A stretch of 64,000 bases of DNA, from the IMG/VR virus record IMGVR_UViG_3300030330_006573, positions 32,001-96,000 of that record; one strand, 5' to 3'. Shown here one piece after another: positions 18,939 through 29,000 of the stretch. The first letter of the stretch is position 1; each line of letters starts with the position of its first letter. Below the pieces are notes generated by a model, which was not told the origin of the DNA, searched no databases, and saw only the letters and a program-made list of their open reading frames with translations. This DNA is from a virus (lineage: Duplodnaviria; Caudoviricetes). The position numbers and the translations under genes were made by a program.

Positions 18939-19226
18939 TTAACGTTTAAAATTTAAAATTACAGTAAATTTTTCTAAATCTTCGTTTTGTCCTCTTAAAG
19001 AGTCATTACCAAGATCTAGAACTCTTTTCCTTAGGAACTGCATTTTATTTCTATCAAAATAATTTGCTTGTTCTATAATATTCTCATGTTCAGGTAATGC
19101 TTTTTTTAGCTTAGCAAAGTTTATGTTATGATCATCATTTAAATCTTCTAATATAAATAAAAATGACTTAAACAAATTTTTAATATGTTTTTCATACCTG
19201 TCCTGAAGAATATCCTTACCTTCCAT
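18939..19226 (-). CDS. Hypothetical protein
   Basis: First gene of the inverted three-gene block; GTGTA motif upstream on minus strand. Confidence 0.65.
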   Translation of the reverse strand: MEGKDILQDRYEKHIKNLFKSFLFILEDLNDDHNINFAKLKKALPEHENIIEQANYFDRNKMQFLRKRVLDLGNDSLRGQNEDLEKFTVILNFKR

Positions 19227-19287
19227 ACCTTTACTTATAGTACACTTTAAAAAAACTATTTCAATAAAATAAGTGTATATTATTTAT

Positions 19288-19746
19288 ATGGCTAATTTAC
19301 TTTCAAATGCGCAAAAAACCGCTTATCAGAATGCATTCAACGATTTGCATGATACGTTTGCAAGAGATATATTTATATATAAAGAAGCTCAATCTACAAT
19401 TATTTCTACTAGTCCGAGCTACAATCCTATATATCAAGAAAACAATGCACAATCTAAAACAGTAAAAAGAAAAGTTATATCTGCATCTTTTAAGGCAAGA
19501 ATAACATATGATACTGACAGAAGTCAAAGCAACCTAACTTCCCCCGAGGTTGAGTCTCAATTAAAATTAAAGCTTCCAGACGGCTATGTTAGAATAAAAG
19601 TAGCTAAAGATGGATATGATTACCTTAAAGATGCAAAAAGGGTTGAATTTGATGGTAGAAAATTTTCAATAGAAAGTGATGTTAGACCTCATGGATTGTT
19701 TGAACCAACGCACTATACGTTCTTTCTGCTTCCAACTGAAGAGTAA
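19288..19746 (+). CDS. Putative head closure / head-tail joining protein
   Basis: Beta-rich with RVEFDGRKFSI gp16-like C-terminal strand; start placed at ATG 19288. Confidence 0.55.
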   Translation: MANLLSNAQKTAYQNAFNDLHDTFARDIFIYKEAQSTIISTSPSYNPIYQENNAQSKTVKRKVISASFKARITYDTDRSQSNLTSPEVESQLKLKLPDGYVRIKVAKDGYDYLKDAKRVEFDGRKFSIESDVRPHGLFEPTHYTFFLLPTEE

Positions 19747-20414
19747 TGGCTTTGCTACCAAAAGATGTTCAGGCTTCAATTAATTCTCAAATAGGGAAGG
19801 AAATTGGCCCTCAAATGGAGAAGATTACCAGAGAAAGGTTCGAGGTATTAAAATCAAATATGATTAGAGATTTTGATTCTCATCCAGTAACTCAAGAAAT
19901 AGAGTCTGGACCAAACTCATCGAATACAAGTGGGACATTATCTGGGTATGGAAATCTATTTACTTTTATAGGGTTTCCTTCTGGCTATGACCCCATATCT
20001 CCAATAAGAGAAAGGCTCATGGATTCAAGGTTAACTAAGTTAAACATAAAGAGGGGGGTTATTTCTTTCTTAACCACAGAGCCGACGAGGGAAGAGCTTT
20101 TTGCGATGACAAAATTTTCAAACTTTAGAAATGATTTTGAAGGCAGTAGAAGTTGGCTTGACGGAATAGAGACTGGAATTTCTGGACTGGGGTTTTACTT
20201 ATATAGGTCAGGGCAAGATATAGCAGGCTCAAGATCTGGACCAGCAATACAGTTAAGAGGGGGAAAAAAGTCTGGTTCTGCTTTTGGGGGTGGAGACACG
20301 GGGGGAGCTGCAAGCCCACAGAGAACTAGATATACTAGAACATCTTACATTTCAAGTATATTAAAACAATTTAAAAATGAAATTTTGAAATTAAATAGAG
20401 TAGTTGTACGATGA
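19746..20414 (+). CDS. Putative neck / tail completion protein
   Basis: Synteny between head closure and tail terminator genes. Confidence 0.45.
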   Translation: MALLPKDVQASINSQIGKEIGPQMEKITRERFEVLKSNMIRDFDSHPVTQEIESGPNSSNTSGTLSGYGNLFTFIGFPSGYDPISPIRERLMDSRLTKLNIKRGVISFLTTEPTREELFAMTKFSNFRNDFEGSRSWLDGIETGISGLGFYLYRSGQDIAGSRSGPAIQLRGGKKSGSAFGGGDTGGAASPQRTRYTRTSYISSILKQFKNEILKLNRVVVR

Positions 20415-21274
20415 AGATATCTTTTGGACACGAAGCGACAACAAGCTTCACACTATGGTTTGAGCATCACCTTCTAGAGCATGGTGAAGCATACAACAAC
20501 ATGACTGGAAATCTTTACTATATAGAGGACGAAAGACTTCCAGCAGGTTTTGAGAGATATAGCAGTCCTTACAAACAATGGGTTACAGAAAGTGGAGTAG
20601 GAAACGGAGCTTTCGTTCCTAATACATTATCTGGGGCTGGTGTAGCTGTTGATAAAAAAGACGCTACAAATGGATATTATATAGATTTTAATAATGGAGG
20701 CATAGTCGTTACTGGAAATGCGGCATCTTCAAATATGAATTGGAGCGGAGCGTTCTCACTAAAAGAATTTAATATATATAATACAAACCAAACGGAAGAG
20801 TCTTTGGTTATAGAAGGCAAATTTGATACAAATAGTAGATTTACCGTCCTAGAAAGTGGTATAGCTCCATATGATTTTGTAACCCCAGCGATATTTATAA
20901 ATAATGAATATATAGAAAATGAACCTTTTGCATTTGGAGGCGAGGACAAAACAGTATTGAATTTTAAATCCGTTGTGTTTGCTGAAAATCTATATCAACT
21001 CGACGGGGTTCTTTCTTTATTTGCAGATACTAGGAATGTAGCATTTTCTTCTGTAGACTTTGGCGCTCATCCCATAGATGAGTACGGAGATCTAAAAACA
21101 GGGAAATATTCCTATAATGAACTAGCAGAAGAATATAAAAGTGAGATATTTAACATAGAAAGAGTAAACACATCAAAAATAAGCGAAACAATAAGGAGTA
21201 CGGTGTCTCCCTCTTTATATGTAGGATTCTTGGATTTCGAGGTTACAAAGAATAGATTTCCTAGAGTTTGTTAA
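20411..21274 (+). CDS. Putative tail terminator
   Basis: Immediately upstream of tail tube; PAIFI...EPFAFGGED pattern. Confidence 0.5.
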   Translation: MKISFGHEATTSFTLWFEHHLLEHGEAYNNMTGNLYYIEDERLPAGFERYSSPYKQWVTESGVGNGAFVPNTLSGAGVAVDKKDATNGYYIDFNNGGIVVTGNAASSNMNWSGAFSLKEFNIYNTNQTEESLVIEGKFDTNSRFTVLESGIAPYDFVTPAIFINNEYIENEPFAFGGEDKTVLNFKSVVFAENLYQLDGVLSLFADTRNVAFSSVDFGAHPIDEYGDLKTGKYSYNELAEEYKSEIFNIERVNTSKISETIRSTVSPSLYVGFLDFEVTKNRFPRVC

Positions 21275-21278
21275 TTTT

Positions 21279-21326
21279 AAAAAATATTAAAAAAATATTC
21301 ACATTATTGACTCTTATCTGTAATTT
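21279..21326 (+). promoter_or_regulatory. Promoter of tail tube gene (A-tract, TTCACAT-N14-TGTAATTT)
   Basis: Intergenic; duplicate of element at 13487-13536. Confidence 0.6.
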
Positions 21327-21371
21327 AAAGTAAACAAACACCATTCTATTTAATTCTAACAAACCAAAGTC

Positions 21372-22964
21372 ATGGCAAGAAACAGAGTAATTTATCAAAG
21401 CGAAGCGCTATTTGTAAGCCCAAATGCAACTGGAGCACACTTCACATGCTCGGCAGTATTAACTGGAGGAGGGGTTCAGAACACCCTTGGATACGAGATG
21501 CACAGCATCTTGCCAGTAGGAGTAAGGGTAGATCCTATCTTGAATTTAAGAGACTCGACAGCTTCAACCGCTTCCGAAGCCAAAGTTGCTGCGAAATCTA
21601 ATCTTTCTAATGAAGATTTATTTAATATTAGTGGACAAGTATCTGCAACTGAGCCTTTTGCCTCGGTGCCAGTTGATTCGATTGATGTTAATGATACAGC
21701 CGCAATCCAGCATGGCGTATCGTATTTTACGAATTTAGCGAATTGGCAAACCTTTCAAAATAATAACGCTTCCACTGCGAAAGGTGATCGTGAGACGACA
21801 GGAGTATTTCTTCAGCCTGCAAGCGGAACTTATAACAACTTAATCCAACAGCTTCATAGAGTACAAAGTGCTAACTACAGCTTTACGATCAATCGTACTG
21901 ATGTTAACACTTTTGGTCAACTCGCAAGAATTGATGCTATTGCTCTTGAGCCGCCCACAGTTAATCTTGACTTTACATATTATCCAACAGATGGATTTAA
22001 TGAAAGAAATCTTGGGTTCTACGTTCAAGGTGCTGACGATAAGGGAGAAGGAATGGGAGCAGATGCATTGTCTGCCGCAAAGGGACATCTTCAAGATGAC
22101 TCTGCTGGTAGAAACTTCTTCATCCTGACAACTCCTGAAGGTACTGACGCTTTTAACACAACCCGTGATATTTCCGAAAGAAGTGTTATTGGTCTTGGAA
22201 ACGGATACCTTAGTGATTATACAATTGAAGCTTCTGTAGGATCAATTCCAACAGCCTCTGCTACTGTTGAGTTGTTTAATGCTAAATCAGACAAGGGAAC
22301 TACTGGAGTTGAAATTCCTGGAGTTACTCTTGATGATGGTAAGGCAATAACTGGTACTCAATTCTCCCTTGGTCAGCCCACAGGCATGAGAGGAGACTCT
22401 CAAGGAGCCGCACCATCCACTGGAGATGTTGGAGCAACAGCCTTGCGTCCTGGAGACATTACTCTTGAAATTCCCCAAGGACTTTCTATCTTTGCTGACG
22501 TTAGCGGAGACGGTGAAGTTCATATCCAAAACTTCAACCTTTCCTTGCCTCTATCAAGAAGCCCAATTGACAGATTGGGAACAAGATTCGCATTCTCTCG
22601 TGTGGTTGACTTCCCAGTTGTTGCTACCATGAGTATCAGCGCTCTGATCTCTGAAGTATCAACAGGAAACCTCGCAAACATCATTGATGATTGCGAAGAG
22701 AGAGATGTTAGAATTAGAATGAAGGCTAATCAATCTTGCGGAGTTGGAGAAGCAAGCGACTCTATGATCATCGACTTCAAAGGAGCTAGAATTGACAGTG
22801 AGTCGATCAGCTCTGATATCGGAAGCAATAAGTCTGTAGACCTTACATTCACCACTCAAATTGGTGGCCCAGAGGATACTGATCATGGTGTTCTGATTTC
22901 GGGAGCTAATAGATCAGTTATTACTGGTCACTTCGGAATGCCAGCTCTATCTGGACAGGCTTAG
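21372..22964 (+). CDS. Major tail (tube) protein
   Basis: Upstream of TMP, beta-rich with two tube-like halves (VQSANYSFTINRTDV; IQNFNLSLPLSRSPI), high-expression codon style, followed by terminator. Confidence 0.75.
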   Translation: MARNRVIYQSEALFVSPNATGAHFTCSAVLTGGGVQNTLGYEMHSILPVGVRVDPILNLRDSTASTASEAKVAAKSNLSNEDLFNISGQVSATEPFASVPVDSIDVNDTAAIQHGVSYFTNLANWQTFQNNNASTAKGDRETTGVFLQPASGTYNNLIQQLHRVQSANYSFTINRTDVNTFGQLARIDAIALEPPTVNLDFTYYPTDGFNERNLGFYVQGADDKGEGMGADALSAAKGHLQDDSAGRNFFILTTPEGTDAFNTTRDISERSVIGLGNGYLSDYTIEASVGSIPTASATVELFNAKSDKGTTGVEIPGVTLDDGKAITGTQFSLGQPTGMRGDSQGAAPSTGDVGATALRPGDITLEIPQGLSIFADVSGDGEVHIQNFNLSLPLSRSPIDRLGTRFAFSRVVDFPVVATMSISALISEVSTGNLANIIDDCEERDVRIRMKANQSCGVGEASDSMIIDFKGARIDSESISSDIGSNKSVDLTFTTQIGGPEDTDHGVLISGANRSVITGHFGMPALSGQA

Positions 22965-22997
22965 TAGGATAATTTTCCGCCGATCCACTATCAAATT

Positions 22998-23026
22998 AAC
23001 CCCCCATGAAAATGGGGGGTTTTTTT
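22998..23026 (+). terminator. Rho-independent terminator after tail tube gene
   Basis: AACCCCCCAT-GAAA-ATGGGGGGTT hairpin followed by T tract. Confidence 0.88.
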
Positions 23027-23074
23027 GTCTATGGACACTTTTTTGGTGTAATATTAAAAAAGGAATAAGGAAAA

Positions 23075-26000
23075 ATGCCAATCAGAGTTCAAACAGTTCA
23101 AACAGGACTAGAGAAGTCAATAAGAAACGCCGTTAAGAAGGTTAATGCTACTGGCGGTCTCTCTGTAAATATCAATGATAGGCAATTTACAAGACCTTTA
23201 GGTAAAATCACTGGCTCTGTCAGCGAATTTAATAAATCACTAGAAGCATCTAATGCTCGTGTTTTAGCTTTCGGAGCTTCAGTAGGAATAATACAAAGTG
23301 TTCAAAAAGCATTTGCTGGCTTAATTAGAGAAACTATAAATGTAGAAAAGAAGCTTGCTGACATAAATGTCGTTATGGGAATAACGAATCAGGAGCTAAA
23401 TAAATTTGGAGATGGGTTATTTAAGGTAGCTAGAAATACCGCACAAAGCTTTAATACAGTAGCTGTAGCTGCAACTGAATTAGCTAGGCAAGGTCTGTCA
23501 ATGGAAGAGACCTTGAAAAGGACAAATGACGCTCTTATCTTAACAAGGCTGACTGGACTTGATGCCGCAAATGCAGTAAGTGGTTTAACTGCTGCATTGA
23601 ACACATTTAATAAAGCTGGACTTGATTCAACCAAGATCTTGAGTAAAATGGCTGCTGTTGACGTTCAGTTTGCTGTTAGTACAGAAGACTTGATCGATGC
23701 TGTTTCTAGAGCTGGTGCTGTAGCCCAAGATGCAGGTGTTAGCTTTGACGAATTGCTAGGTGCTGTAACTGCAGCTCAGCAGCAGACGGCAAGAGGTGGT
23801 AAGGTAATAGGTAATAGTTTTAAAACTATCTTTACTAGGGTACAAAGAGGTAGTACCATAAAAAGGCTAGAAGAGCTTGGTATTGCAGTTAGAGATGTAA
23901 GGGGGCAAACTTTGCCAGCCATTCAAATTTTAACTAATTTATCAAAAACTTACGAAACTCTTGCAGATACCACAAAGGCTGCAGTTGCAGAACAGGTTGG
24001 TGGTGTTTTCCAAATAAACATTTTAAAAGCTGCAATTAAAGATTTGGGAGAGCAGAACAGTATACTTACAAGAGCTACAAGAATATCTAGCCAAGCTACA
24101 GATGAAGCGATAAAAAAGAATGAGTTACTAAATAAAACTTTATCAGCATTAACTTCTCAAGCCGCAACTAGTATACAGGAATTTGCTGCAACAGTTGGAG
24201 GTTTAGCATTTGAGGACAATTTAAGAGCTTACTTATCTTCTTTCCAAACTTTTGTAAATTTCTTAAATGATGGATTAAAGCAAGGAGAAGGATTTGGTTC
24301 TGATTTAGGTAGGGGTTTAATAAAAGGATTTGGAAATGTTATTTCTGGTCCAGGAATGGTTTTGGCGATAGGAATATTAGGAAAACTTTTATTTAAAACT
24401 TTTGCATTTTTAGGCGGATCAGTAAAGGAATTGCTTGGAATAGTTTCAGCTACAAAAACTCAAAGAGATATTCAAAAAACTATCGTTGGAGTTTTAGCGG
24501 AGAATTCAGCATTACAAAAGAAAATATTATCGCAAGAAGGAAATAGAGCAGCTCAAGAAAGAACAATACTTAGTATTTTACAGGCTCAAGCAAAAGAGCA
24601 AGCAAGAATAGCTGCGTCTGCAGCTGCGATAGCTCCAGCCGTAATGAGATCTGGATACAATGCACAATTAAGAAGGAGGAGTGCTGGACATATACCTAAC
24701 TATGTATCTGGCTCAGAGGCCAAGGCAGAAAAGGCAGGAGCCAGGTCTGGAGGATACTCTCCAGGTTCTGTAAAATCAATGAATATGCCTGGTCAGGGTA
24801 GAGTTGTATACAATTCTGCAGAAAAAGTTAAAAGTTTTCCTGGAATGGTACAGCCAGCAATAATGCCACCACCAAGAAGTAGGGCTGGGAAAAATTACCA
24901 AAAGGCATTTGCAAAAACTCATGGATTCAATCCTTATGCGAGTGGAGGATTCGTTCCTAATTTCGCAAGAAGAGTTTACTCTGGAGAAAGTCCGACCAAT
25001 ATAGCTAGAGCATTAATTCATGGAAAATCAACCGCAATGAATTTAAATGTTGGCGGAGGCAGAAGATTCAAAGATACATTTCATTCTTTTGGTCCAGCTA
25101 TGGCAACTGGAACTGAAATGAATGCCATAAGAGAAAGGATTTATAAACAATTTATTCAAAATAAAGGGAGCGACTTTAGAAATCAAGTAAATGATTCCCT
25201 GAGGCGTCTTGGCGGAGGTCCGAAAGAATGGGGGAATAGGGATGGTGATTTAATTTTTGGAATGGTATCTCAATTAAACTCTGCAAGAAAATCATCTAGA
25301 AAACTAGAACTTCCATATTCAAAAGGCTTTGTTCCAAATTTTGGAATGAGGTTAAATGCTAATAAGATCAAAAGTATAGTTCAAGGAAAAATACATTCTG
25401 ATAAGTTCGATGGAACTATAGGAATGTCAGAGCTAGATAAAATCATAACGAATGGACTATTTAAATCCATAAAATATCGACCTAAATCAGGAGATATTCA
25501 AGATCTTATATTTACAGGAGCAAGACATGGTGTGCATGCTCACAAAAAAGGAGCCAAACCACCAAAAGGATTTTCTTCTTGGGCTGACTTTGATAAAAAT
25601 TCACCACTAGGAAAATCTAGGGTAGTGCATGCTTCTTCAGCTGGTCAAGGAGCTGGGGGATACAGGAGATTGTATCTTGATAGAATTGATAGCTTAGTTT
25701 CGCAGGGAAAGCATTTAAAGGTTGATCCGAATATGGCAAACTTTGGATTCGTTCCAAATTATTCAGCTTTTCATTACGATAAGAATTTTCCTCTCTCAAT
25801 GCCACAAACAGGGGATCGAATAACATTCTTAAAAGCTTTAGAATTTATGCCTGAGCATAAATTGGCACAAGCCATGGATATGTTCCTAAGCAACACACAA
25901 GCTTTGGATATGAAAGGATCTTATCCAGGAATGCCAATAAAAGATTTTAAAAAGCATTTCGGCGGAAGTCTTAATTTAGACATGGGGATAGATTATTTAA

Positions 26001-29000
26001 GCGAAAAAAGAAAAAAAGAAATATTAAAGAATCCTGATGTAATGAAGTCTTTCTTTAGATATCTTACTGGAAAATCTTCGTCAATTGGAATAGAGGCTGC
26101 ATTGACGGGAGATGAGAGAAAACATTTCATGTCTAAATATGGAATGATTCCAAGAATGAAAAGTATTGATGATGGCCTTATTCCTGGGCAAAAAAAGAAA
26201 GATAGATTGAGTTTAATAAGAGAAGACTTTTTGAGGGCAGGAGAAGGTCCAGAAGGAGGAAAAAAAGGATCGGTAAGAGGTTATATTCAAGAAGCTTTTA
26301 AACAATCGAGGGGAAGCAAAAACTTCAACAAGCTTCTTGCTCAAAATCAAGCTATGGCACCTCCGCCCGTTCTTGGATTGCCTTTTAATCCAGACAGAGG
26401 AATTGCAAAAGCAAGACCGATAGGTGGCATTCTGGCTCAAATGTATATGCCGACATCATCATCCTTCAGAGGGGGAGGCGGATTGGGAGGCCCAGGTTCA
26501 TTTGGAGCCTTAAGCGGAAGATTTAGAGGGGATGATGTAATTACTCGCAGAGGTGTTGATGCTGGACTTCGTAATGTTCTTGAGTCATCGAATCGAGTTG
26601 CTGCAATTAGAGGTGGAGGCAGTATTAGGGATCTAATACCAGCAAAAAGAAATCAAATAGATATGGCAGCCATAGAAAGACTTATGGTCGAAGAGAAAAT
26701 GACTGCCACCCAAGCCTTTAGAGCATTGGGGCTTGACAGAGATCCAGCATACCAGTTAAAAGGATTTATTGGCGGACAAAAAATAAAAATACCAAAAACT
26801 GGGCTGGCAGCTCTTCCCACATTAGATAGCCTTCTAAAAATGAGAAGGTTTAGGTCAGGAGGGTTTGTTCCTAATTTCTCAAGACCGATGTCTAAAATAA
26901 GCACCAAAGTTTATGGAGAAAGAAATGATGCTTTAAACAAAGTAAGGTCAGTAGAGTTTATTTCAGATGTTGGAGGTAGGAGATTTACCAATGCAAGAAC
27001 AATAGAGATACCTGACCCAATTAAGCCGTTAGGGGACAAAATGGGATTACAGGTAATAAATGTAAATCCTGCGGATAAAACTTTAAGAGGCAAGGGTTAT
27101 GGAAAAGAATTATATACTTTCATGGCTGATTATGCGAGAAAGAAGGGATACTCTGGTCTTTATGGAGACATGGGAACTTCTCCTTCTGCGATGAGAGTTG
27201 TTGACAGTATAGCTAAAGGCGGAAAATTTAATGTTACTAAGAACAAAGATTTGAATTTAGTTAAAGATGATTTTCTTAGCGAAGGAGCTGCTTTTGCGAG
27301 CGATAGCTGGACTTACAGAATAGCTAACGGCGGACACATACCTAATTTTATTGGAATCAATCCAGCTTTTGCAAACTTTAATAAGATTATGGGCGGAATG
27401 TATTCTGCTAAAAAAGGAAGACATGGAGCTTTTGGAACAGAAGCAAGAAGCAAAATGGTCTTTAGTGAGAATAAGCAAATTAATGATTTAGCTCATATGG
27501 TATTAAAGGGTGAGTTAACTCTAAAGCAGATGACAGCAGCTGTTAGTGCATCTTCTAATGCTATGTTTAAAAATCCAAAAACTAAACAAGCTGGTATGGA
27601 TCTAATAGCAAGCTACTCAAATCTCATGGCTAATCAAAAGTACGCCAAGATGATGCCGCCTGACATGCTAAAATCAAAAGGCTTTATTCCGAACTTCAGC
27701 CTTATGTCTCCAAGAGCTAGTGGAGTTTTATCTAAAAACCCTCAATTTGCAAGTGCTGTAGGAAGTGCTATATCTAGAGAAGCTTCTTATGGTGTTACCC
27801 CAAAAGTCGTAGCCGCCCCATCTTTAAAAAGTCCCACAAACCCAGGGTTAGCTGTAGTCAATAAAGAGCAAGAGGGCGGAAAGCTTGCAAATGCGAGGAA
27901 GCTACATGGAGGACTCAATCCAAGACAAGGCGCTTCAGGCGGATTTATTCCGAATTATGCTCCAATAGATCCGTTAAAACTTTTGTCTATCATGAGTAGG
28001 TCAGAGCAAAACGTACAAAGCCTTGGTCTTAGATCTTTGCAGAATATACAACAGGCAGGAGCACGTAGTATTAATTTGTCTGGATTTTCACTTCCGCCTG
28101 CATTATTACAATCATTAGAGGATGTTCAAAAACAATTTGGGCATACTGCAAAAGCAGCAAATCAAGCAGCAGTTACTACAAAAATTTTAAATGGAACAGT
28201 TCGATCTCTTGCTGACAGAAAAATAGCGACACAAATATTAAGAAATGAAAGAGCTATGGAGTTGTCTAAAGGCGGAGGGGTCGCTGCTCAATTTACTAGA
28301 GGCGGCGTTCTTGATGAAGAGAGGCTAAGAAGAGACATAAATATAGCAAAGCAAACTGGAGACACTAGAACATTAAAGCAATTACAAGGTCTAGACAAAA
28401 GCTTAACTACTTTCGCAAGTAATAATTTGAGTACTGGTGCTGCAATGGGGCGTGAAGCTGGAAAGCAAATTTCTGCTGGAATTAAAAGCGATGCAAGGAG
28501 AGAAATATTTAAAGATACTAAGGGCTTCTCTAAAAGCCAAATGCAACAAAATTTATCAAAAGAATTTTTGAAAAGTGTAGGTGTTGTTGGTGCTGAAGAC
28601 ATGAACAAAAAGCAAGCCCAACAAGCTATGTCTTCATTTTTTAAAGCTGGTGGTGTAGATGCTAGAAATACATTTAGCTCTTTTGCTCAACAACAAGGAG
28701 TGAAATCCTCGGTTTCTTCTTTGGCAAAAGGAGGATTAGCTTCTGGCGAATTAAGGTCTTTAACTGGAGGAAATAATGCATCAAGATTTATTAGGGCAAT
28801 GAACCTGATAGAGCGAGGGGTAGCTGGAGGAGCCTCACAGAGATCAATAAAAGCAGCTGAACGATTAGCATTAAGAGAAGCAGCTAAAGCAACTGAAGGC
28901 AGAGGCGCACAAGCCACACAAAGATTGAATGCAAGCATAAATCAATTAGTTGATGAACAAAAAAGACAAAATCAAGCTGCATTGCAAGAAAGAAAAACTA

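Noticed and set aside
24680-27958. TMP motif repeats as a CRISPR array
   Set aside because: Repeats are conserved at protein level with synonymous variation, spacers are 240-1100 nt and in frame, and no cas genes are present.
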